DNA of 64,000 nucleotides from Bacteroidia bacterium (GTDB lineage: Bacteria; Bacteroidota; Bacteroidia; J057). Of the stretch, positions 44,542 through 53,565 are shown piece by piece. The notes below the pieces were generated by a model, which saw only the letters and a program-made list of their open reading frames with translations, was not told the DNA's origin and made no database searches. Numbering within the stretch: position 1 is the stretch's first letter; every line of letters begins with the position of its first letter. Location: positions 20,446 through 84,445 of the forward strand of contig JBGSKC010000032.1 in NCBI GenBank assembly GCA_041741415.1, written 5' to 3'. The position numbers and the translations under genes are program-made.

Positions 44542-45951
44542 CTACCTCCCCGCCAGATACTTCCCGGCGATTTCGTGCATGTAGGCCAGGGCCGGTTCGA
44601 GCTCGTTGGGGATGGTGCCCTCGAGGATGGCTTCGCGGATGTCGTTTTTGATCAGGCCGATTTCCCGGCCTGGTGTGAGCTGGAAGGCTTTCATGATCAT
44701 TTCGCCGGTAACAGGCGGCTGGAAATTGCGCAGGTTGTCGCGCTCCTCCACTTCCTTGATGCGGGCCTGGAGCTCGTCGTAGTTGCGCAGGAACCGCACC
44801 ACCTTCCGCTCGTTGCGCGAGGTGATGTCGCAGCGGCAAAACAGCAGCAGGTCGTCGAGGTCCTCGCCTGCTTCCACCACAATCCGCCGGATGGCCGAGT
44901 CAGTTACCACCTCCGTCACGAGGGAAATGGGCCGCTGGTGCAGGCGAACGAGCTTCTGGACATAGCGCATCGGGTCGTGAAGAGGCAGCCGGAGCCGCCT
45001 GAAAATGACGGGGACCATTTTCGCCCCGCGGTCTTCGTGGCCGTGGAAGGTCCAGCCGGTTTCGGGATGGTAGCGCTTGGTGAGGGGCTTCGCGATGTCA
45101 TGCAAAATGGCCACCCAGCGCAGCCACAGGTTGTCCGACACCTCTGCCACGTTGTCGAGCACCTGAAGGGTGTGGTAAAAATTGTCTTTATGGCCGCGCC
45201 CTTCCATTTCCTCCACCCCACGCATCGCCTCCAGTTCGGGCAAGATGAGCGGCAATAACCGAAGCTCGGAAAGCTTGTTAAATCCCCGGGAAGGTTTGGC
45301 GGAGCGAATGATTTTGTTGAGCTCTTCGGCAATGCGCTCTTCGGAAATGATGCTGAGGCGGTCTGTCTGGGTAAAAATGGCCCTTTCGGCAGCTTCATCG
45401 ATCCGGAAGCCGGGCAACTGAGCAAAAAAACGCACCGCCCGCATCATGCGCAGGGGGTCGTCGGAGAAGGTCACATCGGGCTCAAGCGGGGTTCTGATCA
45501 GGCCATTGTTCAGGTCGCGAATGCCGTCAAAGGGGTCGATCAGGCGTCCGAATTCCTCCGGCTGGAGGGACAGCGACAGGGCGTTGATTGTAAAATCGCG
45601 GCGAAGCTGGTCGTCGTGGAGGGTTCCGTCCTCCACAAAAGGTTTGCGGCTGCCGCGCTGGTAGCTTTCGCGCCTGGCCCCGACAAATTCCACGACAAAA
45701 TCGCCGGTTCGGACCATGGCCGTCCCGAAGTTGGCATATACAGCTACCTCCTGGCTGTTGACAGCGGCTGCAAACGCCTCTGCCAGCTGGATGCCGTGGC
45801 CTTCTACCACAATGTCAATGTCTTTGCACGGCCTGCCCAGGAGATAATCACGCACAAACCCGCCGATCGCGTAGGAACGGAGGCCCAGGTCCTGGCTCAG
45901 GCGGGAAAGCGTCGAAAACAGGGGAAGCTCCAGGGCTTCAGGAAGGTGCAT
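44542..45951 (-). CDS. cca: CCA-adding tRNA nucleotidyltransferase / poly(A) polymerase family protein with HD domain
   Basis: GGFVRDYLLGRPCKDIDIVV, RRDFTINA and an HD region (LHDIAKP...GHEDRG). Confidence 0.85.
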   Translation of the reverse strand: MHLPEALELPLFSTLSRLSQDLGLRSYAIGGFVRDYLLGRPCKDIDIVVEGHGIQLAEAFAAAVNSQEVAVYANFGTAMVRTGDFVVEFVGARRESYQRGSRKPFVEDGTLHDDQLRRDFTINALSLSLQPEEFGRLIDPFDGIRDLNNGLIRTPLEPDVTFSDDPLRMMRAVRFFAQLPGFRIDEAAERAIFTQTDRLSIISEERIAEELNKIIRSAKPSRGFNKLSELRLLPLILPELEAMRGVEEMEGRGHKDNFYHTLQVLDNVAEVSDNLWLRWVAILHDIAKPLTKRYHPETGWTFHGHEDRGAKMVPVIFRRLRLPLHDPMRYVQKLVRLHQRPISLVTEVVTDSAIRRIVVEAGEDLDDLLLFCRCDITSRNERKVVRFLRNYDELQARIKEVEERDNLRNFQPPVTGEMIMKAFQLTPGREIGLIKNDIREAILEGTIPNELEPALAYMHEIAGKYLAGR

Positions 45952-46178
45952 GGATAGAAAGAAATTGGGTGGAAGCGTTACGGGAAAGGCCTGTTTGATA
46001 AATCGAACCGGCGCAAGTTACTCCTAAACCCAAAAATCTCAACACATCGGGGAATCCTGTATCTTGCACCTTAGACCAAACGGGCAAAAAGCCTGATCCA
46101 TGAAAAACAAAGAATGTTCACATGGCAGTTCCAGGCAGCAACTTGCTGCTTCCTACTTAGGCGACTAATGTTGGGTTA

Positions 46179-47657
46179 ATGAAAATCACCAAAGAACGCA
46201 TTGGCCTGGTCCTGGGACCGGCACTGTTTGTCCTGTTTGCTTTTGTCCTGCCCATGGACAGCATGGAGCCCGTAGCGGCACGCACCCTGGGTGCTGTGCT
46301 TTGGATCGCCACCTGGTGGGTCACAGAGGCCATTCCCATGCCTGTCACCTCCCTGCTTCCGCTGGCGCTCTTTCCGCTGCTGGGATCGGTGGGCATCAAA
46401 GACATGGGCTCGGCCTATGCCGAGGAGATGATTTTTTTGTTCATGGGAGGCTTTATCCTGGCCCTTGCATTGGAAAAATGGAACCTTCACAAGCGCATTT
46501 CCCTCAACATCATTCTGCTGGTGGGCACCAACACCCGGCGCATTGTGCTGGGCTTTATGCTGGCCACGGGCTTTTTGTCGATGTGGATTTCCAACACAGC
46601 CACCGCCCTCATGATGCTGCCCATCGGGCTGGCTTTGTTGAGGCACATGGGCGCGGATTCGGAAGAAGGTCAGCCCTTCGGCAAGGCCCTGCTCCTTGGA
46701 ATTGCCTACTCCGCCTCCATCGGGGGCATGGCCACCATCGTGGGAACACCCACCAATGCCATTTTCATCAAAGCGGTCGAGACCCAATACAAAGCGACAA
46801 TTGCCTTCGACCAATGGATGTTGTTTGGGATGCCCATCAGCATTGCCTTGTTGTTCATTAGCTGGTGGTACCTCGTGAGGGTTGCTCAACCCTTGCCCGC
46901 CAAAACAGCCTCCTCAAGCCGGGCCGACCTTCAGGAGCAGGTAAAAGCCCTTGGCAACATGAGCTGGGAGGAAAAATGGGTATCGGCCATTTTTGGACTG
47001 GTGGCCCTGGCGTGGATCAGCAGGTCGTATCTGCTCAAGCCTTTCATTCCTGGCATCAACGACACCATCATCGTGCTGCTGGGCATTCTGCCCTTGTTCA
47101 TCATTCCCTCCAAAACAAAGCCCGGCAAATTAATGGATTGGGAAACAGCCAGGCAGTTGCCATGGGGCATTTTGCTGCTCTTCGGCGGTGCTTTTGCCTT
47201 TGCCATGGCCTTTGAACAATCGGGCCTCGGCACATGGATGGCCGGGCAGTTTACTTCTATTGGCCAGCTGCCCCTCTGGCTGGTGCTGCTGTTACTGATC
47301 GGGTTCACCAATTTTCTCACAGAAATAACCCAGAATGTGGCCACAGTGACCCTGCTCATGCCCGTGATCGCTACCCTGGCTCCGGAGATTGGGTTGCACC
47401 CCTTCGGGCTGATGGCAGGAACAGCTATTTCAGCCAGTTGCGCCTTCATGCTCCCCATGGCCACCGGCCCCAATGCAATCGTGTTTGGGTATGGCTACCT
47501 CAAAATCGGAGACATGGCCCGTGCCGGCTTTGCCCTTAACCTTATTTCCATTGCCCTGATTACTGCGATTGCCTACTGGCTCCTTCCATTAGCCTGGGAC
47601 TTTGACCCGACCCAGTTTCCCCTCGAGTGGGTGCGGTTTGGGTTGCCGGACCAGTGA
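46179..47657 (+). CDS. DASS/SLC13-family sodium-coupled anion symporter
   Basis: 492 aa, about 12+ TM segments. WWVTEAIPMPVTSLLPLALFPLLG and the SNTATALMMLPI hairpin motif are typical of DASS. Confidence 0.9.
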   Translation: MKITKERIGLVLGPALFVLFAFVLPMDSMEPVAARTLGAVLWIATWWVTEAIPMPVTSLLPLALFPLLGSVGIKDMGSAYAEEMIFLFMGGFILALALEKWNLHKRISLNIILLVGTNTRRIVLGFMLATGFLSMWISNTATALMMLPIGLALLRHMGADSEEGQPFGKALLLGIAYSASIGGMATIVGTPTNAIFIKAVETQYKATIAFDQWMLFGMPISIALLFISWWYLVRVAQPLPAKTASSSRADLQEQVKALGNMSWEEKWVSAIFGLVALAWISRSYLLKPFIPGINDTIIVLLGILPLFIIPSKTKPGKLMDWETARQLPWGILLLFGGAFAFAMAFEQSGLGTWMAGQFTSIGQLPLWLVLLLLIGFTNFLTEITQNVATVTLLMPVIATLAPEIGLHPFGLMAGTAISASCAFMLPMATGPNAIVFGYGYLKIGDMARAGFALNLISIALITAIAYWLLPLAWDFDPTQFPLEWVRFGLPDQ

Positions 47658-47879
47658 TGACAGTGAAAGCCGGGATAGCATGGAGGTAAACCGATCGGCA
47701 GTTCAATAAGGATACTGCTGATCTGTACCCTTCCGAACCTTACAATCTGAAAGATTTTCAAGTAATCGAATAATACAAATCTTGTCTGGCATGCGATTGT
47801 TGTAGTCAGGTGATCCCTTCCTGTCTGCAAGCCTGTTGGGGTGACCTGATCATGTTTCACCTACCACCAGTTCGCACAC

Positions 47880-49571
47880 ATGTCTAAGAACAACAATCGG
47901 CTTTCTTCCCGGCAGTCAACCTTTACCTTGCTGATGAAGGTTGCTGGCATCATTGGTGCCACGGCCCTGATCGCAGCAGCGCTGTTTTTCTCCATCGAAG
48001 GCATCGAGGATGATGACGACGATGCCGAAGGCTGCGAAAGCTGCACCATCACCATCACCGGAACCAGCAGCACCAACTACACCCTCACAAACGGGGCTGT
48101 TTTCTGCGTGCAGGCAGGTGCCACCTATTCCGGAAACATTCAGCGAAACAACGGAAACGACGAGGTGCTCATCTGCAACCATGGCACCATTTCAGGGTCT
48201 TCGATGTCATTCAACAAAGGAGACAACACCATTGAAAACCACGGCACCATGACCAATGTGACCGTTCAGTTTAACTCTTCGACCGACGAAAACCAGTTCA
48301 ACAACCACGCGGGTGCTTCGGCCACGTTCAGCACGCTGAACCTGTACACCAGCGACACCGAGTTCCACAACTACGGCAGCGTCACGACCGGAAGCGTTAT
48401 TCTCAGTTCGGGAGCTACTTTCCGCAACCACACAACCGGCGAGGTGAATTCCGGAAATGTGGAAGCCAACAGCAACACTGAATACCGCAACGAAGGCACG
48501 TGGACCGTAACAGGCAATTTGCAGGTAAACAGCAACGGGGAATTTAACAGCGAAGGCGACCTGTCTGTGAGTGGCAATCTGGAGAACAACAACGATTTCG
48601 AGAGCAGCGGCACCCTGAGTGTAGGAGGCAATTTCACCATCAATTCCAGTGCAGAGACAGATCTTTCGGGTACGGCTTCGATCGGGGGCAACCTCACAGT
48701 AAACAAAGACCTGGTACAATCGGGCCTGCTGACAATCGGAGGCAACATGACGGTAAACGGTTCGGGCGATGTTGAGATTGGCGGGAATGTATTTGTGGAC
48801 GGAAGCCTTACCAACGGGGGCGACATTCACGGCCAAGATATTTCCACCGGCCTGTACGGAACGATTCAGGTTGACGGAGTGACCACCCAATATGGCGGCG
48901 GCAGCCTGAACGACAACCTTGATTTGTGCGACACGGGCCGGCCTGCCGGAGGCATGGACACCAACTGGGGCAGCGCAGACCCAACAGTGACCTACTGCGT
49001 GCATACCGCTGCCAGCCTTCCGGTGGAATGGCTCAGCTTTGAAGCTCAGCCCGGTCCGCAGGGCGTGGAGCTGTTCTGGATGACGGCAGTGGAGTCCAAC
49101 AACGACTTTTTCACCGTAGAGCGCAGCGCAGAGAGCGTTGGGTTTGCCCCGATCCTTGTTGTGGACGGCGCAGGCAACTCAGATATGCCGGTTGAGTACC
49201 GCATTACCGACCCCACCCCGCCATCGGGCAGGTTGTCTTATCGCATTCGCCAAACTGATTTTGACGGCAAAACCTCCTTTTCCAACCAGGTGGAAGTAAC
49301 CTTTGAAGTGGAAGAAGCCTCGCTGCGGGTGTATCCCAACCCGGCGAGAGACGTGCTAAATGTGGACTTGCTGTCGAACAAACAAGAGACTGTAAACATC
49401 CGCATTCTGAACCTCCAGGGACAGGAAATGCAGGCAGAGCGCGTGGAAGTGCAGGCGGGCAAAACCAACTGGCAAGGCCAGATCGGCAGCATGGCAGCAG
49501 GCATGTACCTGCTTCAGGTGCTGCGCAGCGGTTCATCAAAACCCGAAACGGTGAGGTTTGTGAAGCTGTAA
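47880..49571 (+). CDS. beta-helix-repeat surface protein with T9SS C-terminal sorting domain
   Basis: N-terminal hydrophobic anchor/signal, an acidic run (EDDDDDAE), about 15 degenerate 18-22-aa repeats (GNL.VN..G.F.S.G.L.V.GN), a VEWLSFEAQP...FFTVERS module, and a CTD LRVYPNPARDVLNVDL...GMYLLQV...VRFVKL. Confidence 0.8.
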   Translation: MSKNNNRLSSRQSTFTLLMKVAGIIGATALIAAALFFSIEGIEDDDDDAEGCESCTITITGTSSTNYTLTNGAVFCVQAGATYSGNIQRNNGNDEVLICNHGTISGSSMSFNKGDNTIENHGTMTNVTVQFNSSTDENQFNNHAGASATFSTLNLYTSDTEFHNYGSVTTGSVILSSGATFRNHTTGEVNSGNVEANSNTEYRNEGTWTVTGNLQVNSNGEFNSEGDLSVSGNLENNNDFESSGTLSVGGNFTINSSAETDLSGTASIGGNLTVNKDLVQSGLLTIGGNMTVNGSGDVEIGGNVFVDGSLTNGGDIHGQDISTGLYGTIQVDGVTTQYGGGSLNDNLDLCDTGRPAGGMDTNWGSADPTVTYCVHTAASLPVEWLSFEAQPGPQGVELFWMTAVESNNDFFTVERSAESVGFAPILVVDGAGNSDMPVEYRITDPTPPSGRLSYRIRQTDFDGKTSFSNQVEVTFEVEEASLRVYPNPARDVLNVDLLSNKQETVNIRILNLQGQEMQAERVEVQAGKTNWQGQIGSMAAGMYLLQVLRSGSSKPETVRFVKL

Positions 49572-49587
49572 CAAGATCACACTCCGG

Positions 49588-49622
49588 AGCAAATGGCCTG
49601 GCTTGTTGCCGGGCCATTTGCT
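49588..49622. terminator. hairpin between convergent genes (likely bidirectional terminator)
   Basis: 11-bp perfect stem AGCAAATGGCC/GGCCATTTGCT with a 13-nt loop. It lies 17 nt after the 47880 gene stop and abuts the kinase stop codon. Confidence 0.6.
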
Positions 49623-49624
49623 GT

Positions 49625-51088
49625 TTACCCGGCATGAAACACGGGCAGGTGAAACTTGAACACCGCCCCAGAAGGAAAGCGGTTTTCTACTCTGATGGCC
49701 GATTGATGCAGCTCCAGAATTTTTTTTACAATGGCAAGACCCAGTCCGGCTGCAGCCAGCGGGTTTTGCGGCTCAGCTTTTTTGTAGCGCTCAAAAATAA
49801 GGTGTTTGTCGGCTTCGGGAACCCCGGCACCCGAATCAGCCACACTGATTTCCACCAGATCCTGGCTTGTGCGCAGCTCAATGTTGATCTGCCCACCCTC
49901 CGGGGTAAACTTCAGGGCATTGTCCAGCAAATTTTGAAAAACACGCTCCACCAGCCCCAGATCGGCATAAATCAAGGGCAAATTCTCCACCCCAACAGCC
50001 TGAAGGGAAATGCTTTTCTTCCAGGCCAGAACCTGGTAGCGGGCCACCACATCCTGCACCAGTTCCCCGATGAAAAAGGGCTCTTTGTTGGGCTCGATTT
50101 GCAATGACTCCAGCTGAGAATATTCAAACAGCTGAGAGATCAGCCTGGAAAGCCGCTCTGTGCTGGTTGACAAAATGTCGAGGTAGGCCTTTCTTTCTTC
50201 TGCCGAGAGGCCTTCTCCCTTCATGAGCAGGGTTTCTACGTAGCCGCGGGTGATGGACAAAGGCGTTCTGAGGTCGTGGGAAACATTGGCAATGAGCTCT
50301 TTGCGGAGGCGCTCCACAGACTGCACCTTCTCGAAACTTTCCATGATCCTGTCGGCCATCTGGTTAAAGGTTTGCCCGAGCAAATCAAGTTCGCCAGGCA
50401 GGCTTTGATGGACCCTTGCCTGGTGGTCGCCATCCCGAAAGCGAAGCACAACTGCCACGAGGCTCCTCAGGTTGCGGGTGAGGAGCCACAAAGCCAGCAG
50501 GCCAATGAGCAAGGCCACAAGCAGGGTGAGCAGAAACAGTTTTGATCCCAGGCCAAGCATAAAGCTCCCAAACAGAGAGCTGGTAACTTCCGATTGAACT
50601 TCACTGGCGAGGATGATGTATACATAGCCCATCCAAACGCCGTTTTCTTCGATTTTTGCTACCGAAAAAATATTGGGAACACCGGGTGCCCGGGGATCAT
50701 CGCCGAGGACAAACTGATCGGGCTGCGCTAAAAAGGCCTGGATGGGTTCTGTCCGGACTGCCTCCAGCAGGATTTTTTTGTAGGGTGCCACATAGGTGAT
50801 GATCCTTCCCAGGGTATCGAGCAAATAGACCTCGACGCTCGGGTTGATGATCATCATCGAATGCATGATCTTTTGGACAGCCACGGTGTCCACTTCACCA
50901 TTCACAAGCGGGCTCACCTCCTTAACAGTGTGGGAGGCGAGGTTTCCATACAAGCGCTGGTTTTCTTCCTGCAAAAAGCGGCGGGCAGTGAAATGGGTGA
51001 TGGTGAGATAACCAGCTCCCAACGCCAGCAAAAGCAAAAGCAAGCCCGAGGAAATCCGCCAGTAAAGGGTGTTGGTGAACTTAATCAT
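49625..51088 (-). CDS. sensor histidine kinase (TM-periplasmic-TM-HAMP-HisKA-HATPase)
   Basis: H-box ELIANVSHDLRTPLS; NLLDNALKFT; DSGAGV; GLGLAIVKKI. The start is either the ATG at 51088 or the GTG at 51136, which is 6 nt after the regulator's stop. Confidence 0.85.
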   Translation of the reverse strand: MIKFTNTLYWRISSGLLLLLLALGAGYLTITHFTARRFLQEENQRLYGNLASHTVKEVSPLVNGEVDTVAVQKIMHSMMIINPSVEVYLLDTLGRIITYVAPYKKILLEAVRTEPIQAFLAQPDQFVLGDDPRAPGVPNIFSVAKIEENGVWMGYVYIILASEVQSEVTSSLFGSFMLGLGSKLFLLTLLVALLIGLLALWLLTRNLRSLVAVVLRFRDGDHQARVHQSLPGELDLLGQTFNQMADRIMESFEKVQSVERLRKELIANVSHDLRTPLSITRGYVETLLMKGEGLSAEERKAYLDILSTSTERLSRLISQLFEYSQLESLQIEPNKEPFFIGELVQDVVARYQVLAWKKSISLQAVGVENLPLIYADLGLVERVFQNLLDNALKFTPEGGQINIELRTSQDLVEISVADSGAGVPEADKHLIFERYKKAEPQNPLAAAGLGLAIVKKILELHQSAIRVENRFPSGAVFKFHLPVFHAG

Positions 51089-51142
51089 GTTGGGTAAGAA
51101 AAGGAAAACTGCAAGCCGAATGTTGGGTAAAAACACTGATAA

Positions 51143-51868
51143 TCAAAATCTTACATCTTCACTAAACCGATAGCCGATTCCCCATGTGGTGAGAATAAAG
51201 GCAGGGTTGTTCATATCGGGTTCGATTTTGTTGCGCAGCCGGTTAATGTGTGCATTGACTGTGTGGGCCATGCCGTCGTAGTCGTAGCCCCAGATCAGGT
51301 TGAGAATTTGCTCGCGGCTGTAAGATCGGCCGGGATGAGAGGCCAGCAAGTGCAGCAATTCAAATTCTTTGGGCGACAATTCTATTCTCTGGCCGTGCAG
51401 CGAGACTTTGTGCATGTCTGGTTCAATGAGCAGCGGGCCAAATTTCATGGCCCTGGAACTCACCTGGGGAAGGCTGCCCTCGCCCATGCGCTGCTGACGA
51501 CGAAGCAGAGCCTTCACCCTGGCAAGAAACTCCCGGATCCCGAAGGGTTTGGTCAGGTAGTCGTCGGCGCCCATTTCCAGCCCCAGGACCTTGTCGATTT
51601 CCTCAGAGCGGGCGGTGAGCATGAGAATGGGGGTATGCACCTCAGCGGCCCGCAATCTTCGGCACACTTCAATGCCATCCAGCCCGGGCAGCATCAGGTC
51701 CAGGATGATGAGGTCAAAGGCTTCCTGCATCGCGGCCTGGAGGCCGTCATAGCCATTGGTTACCCGCGTTGATGCCAGGCCCATGTCCTTCAGGTGCAAA
51801 GCAAGTAGTTCTGCGATGTCTTTGGCATCCTCCACGATGAGGACGGTATTACTTCTCTCCGATTGCAT
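51143..51868 (-). CDS. OmpR/PhoB-family response regulator
   Basis: REC domain (VLIVEDAKDI...DLIILDLMLPGLDG...MLTAR...KP) plus a winged-helix domain (L.PKEFELLHLLASHPGRSYSREQIL..IWG...VNAHINRLRNKIE..I.T.WGIGYRF). Confidence 0.93.
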   Translation of the reverse strand: MQSERSNTVLIVEDAKDIAELLALHLKDMGLASTRVTNGYDGLQAAMQEAFDLIILDLMLPGLDGIEVCRRLRAAEVHTPILMLTARSEEIDKVLGLEMGADDYLTKPFGIREFLARVKALLRRQQRMGEGSLPQVSSRAMKFGPLLIEPDMHKVSLHGQRIELSPKEFELLHLLASHPGRSYSREQILNLIWGYDYDGMAHTVNAHINRLRNKIEPDMNNPAFILTTWGIGYRFSEDVRF

Positions 51869-51890
51869 GCCCGAAGGTTGATCGAATTGT

Positions 51891-51907
51891 TCACAAAATC
51901 ATCACAA
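51891..51907. promoter_or_regulatory. direct repeat TCACAA-n5-TCACAA (11-nt periodicity) in the divergent two-component / DM13 intergenic region
   Basis: TCACAA at 51891..51896 and at 51902..51907. One-helical-turn spacing is the usual geometry of OmpR/PhoB-family binding sites. It lies 23 nt upstream of the regulator's ATG. Confidence 0.3.
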
Positions 51908-52164
51908 GGCTATACGGCAATGTCACGCGGCAGCAACAGCCCGCCCCCGCAGTTGCCCGTTTTTTCCTTTCCTGTGCCTGTTCAGGCAAATTCCGGAAAT
52001 TTTTTCCTGCCCGACAAATTCCAAATGCCTCATTGTCAATTTTTTACCCCACTGCCATCCTCCGTTTTTCTTTTGTCATGCCCGCGTGAGCTTCCTGTGA
52101 ACTTCCGGGCCTTGCTTTGAGGCAGTCAATTAACAATCTGTTTCACTCCATCAAGTTCACTGCA

Positions 52165-52608
52165 ATGAAAAGCATCAAGCCATTTTTCGCCCTCTTCGCC
52201 TTTGTTCTCCTGCTGAGTGCCTGCAAAGAGGAAGTAATCATCGACCCGACCCAGCCTCAGGGGACATTCAGTGTGACCCGCAGCGGCAATTTTGTTGCTC
52301 AAAACGGCACCGGCAGCATGGGCATTGCCGAGTTGGGAACCGACGAGGAAGGCAGCCAGTTCCTTCGTTTTGGCGACAGCTTCACCACCAATTTCGCTAC
52401 GGGAACGGTAACTGTGTACCTCTCCACCAGCGAAACCTTCACCCCGGACCCTGCCAACGGCAACCCTGCCCTGCGCCTGCTCGGCGTGACCCGGGCTGCT
52501 GGTGAGCAGTATTTTGAGGTAGCCCCGGCAGCCGGAGGCAATTTCACCCACGTGATTCTGTGGTGTGCCAGCGCTAATGTTCCATTCGGCTTTGCTTCCC
52601 TGCAATAA
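52165..52608 (+). CDS. DM13-domain lipoprotein
   Basis: Lipobox LLLSAC. G.F......G.AELGTDEEGSQFLRFGDSFTTNFATGTVTVYLS resembles the DM13 pattern (fixed-input then dF.t..gPdl.VyLs). The assignment is moderate. Confidence 0.55.
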   Translation: MKSIKPFFALFAFVLLLSACKEEVIIDPTQPQGTFSVTRSGNFVAQNGTGSMGIAELGTDEEGSQFLRFGDSFTTNFATGTVTVYLSTSETFTPDPANGNPALRLLGVTRAAGEQYFEVAPAAGGNFTHVILWCASANVPFGFASLQ

Positions 52609-52630
52609 GCTGGTTGTTTGTGTAACACAG

Positions 52631-52656
52631 GGCCCGGATTCGTTCCGGGCCTTTTT
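52631..52656 (+). terminator. rho-independent terminator after the DM13 gene
   Basis: GGCCCGGA-ttcgt-TCCGGGCC followed by TTTTT, 23 nt after the stop codon. Confidence 0.75.
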
Positions 52657-52677
52657 CCTTCCTCAACTTTTTGCCAC

Positions 52678-53532
52678 ATGAACTTTTTCAAACTAGCAGG
52701 TTTTATGCTATTGCTTTCATCTGCCAGTGTGCTGCAAGCGCAAAGTGGCTGGGTAAAAGAAAAAGGCAAGGCATTTGTCAAAAGCGACTGGGTCTTTTTC
52801 CGGGGCAGTACCTACTACAATCCCGAGGAAGTGGCCCTCACCACGACGCCATTTACCCAGGCCACCTGGCATGTTTATGGGGAATACGGCCTTGGCCACC
52901 GCATGGCGCTTCAGGTGTATGCACCCCTGCTGAGGTGGAACCAGTTTGCCACCACGAGTCCGGCAATTGGGCAGGGCGACCTCAAAATCGAGTGGAAATG
53001 GGCGATTTTGCAGGGGAAAACGCCACTTTCCCTGGCCATTGCGCCCGAGCTGCCTACTGGCCGTGCCATGGCCTTTGCCCGCAACCTCGAGATCCCGGGC
53101 GACGGCATCTTTCTGCCTACGGGCGACGGCGAGTTCAACATTTGGACCACCCTGGCAGCATCCCGGAGCTTTGGCAGGTTTTATGCCTCCGCTTTTGCCG
53201 CGTTCAACCTTCGCACCCGTTACCAGGGCCTGGCTTTCCGGCATCAGGTGCAGGCTGGGGCTGAATGGGGCGGAAAAATAACGCCGGCCCTGTGGTTTCA
53301 AATGAAAGCCAGGGTCCAGGAAAGCCTCGGGCCAGGCCGCCATCCGGAACTCGGCTTCGTGCGGGGCGATGCCACAGCCTACACGGGTGCGAGCCTTGGC
53401 TTTTGGTATGAATTCAACAGCGTATGGGGCATCTCTGTTGAGGCAGGAGGGTTTTTCCCCGGACTGGTTCCCCTGCGAAACCTGTATGTAGCGCCTTCCT
53501 ACGCCGCTGGCATCACCTGGCAGCTTCAATAG
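52678..53532 (+). CDS. outer-membrane beta-barrel protein (MetA-pathway/transporter-like)
   Basis: Signal peptide MNFFKLAGFMLLLSSASVLQAQ, an alternating-strand pattern, GQGDL and TGDGEFN turns, and an aromatic-rich C-terminal strand (AAGITWQLQ). Confidence 0.6.
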   Translation: MNFFKLAGFMLLLSSASVLQAQSGWVKEKGKAFVKSDWVFFRGSTYYNPEEVALTTTPFTQATWHVYGEYGLGHRMALQVYAPLLRWNQFATTSPAIGQGDLKIEWKWAILQGKTPLSLAIAPELPTGRAMAFARNLEIPGDGIFLPTGDGEFNIWTTLAASRSFGRFYASAFAAFNLRTRYQGLAFRHQVQAGAEWGGKITPALWFQMKARVQESLGPGRHPELGFVRGDATAYTGASLGFWYEFNSVWGISVEAGGFFPGLVPLRNLYVAPSYAAGITWQLQ

Positions 53533-53565
53533 GTCAAAGCCTTTTTGTCAAATGGAATGCCCCCC

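Noticed and set aside
44521-45258. 245-aa plus-strand ORF. The same applies to 46176..46889 minus, 38951..39775 minus, 23245..24000 minus, 52717..53529 minus and 14420..15313 plus.
   Set aside because: All lie antisense to genes with strong family motifs (cca, DASS, pepT, RecQ-family, outer-membrane barrel, SusD) and lack motifs of their own.
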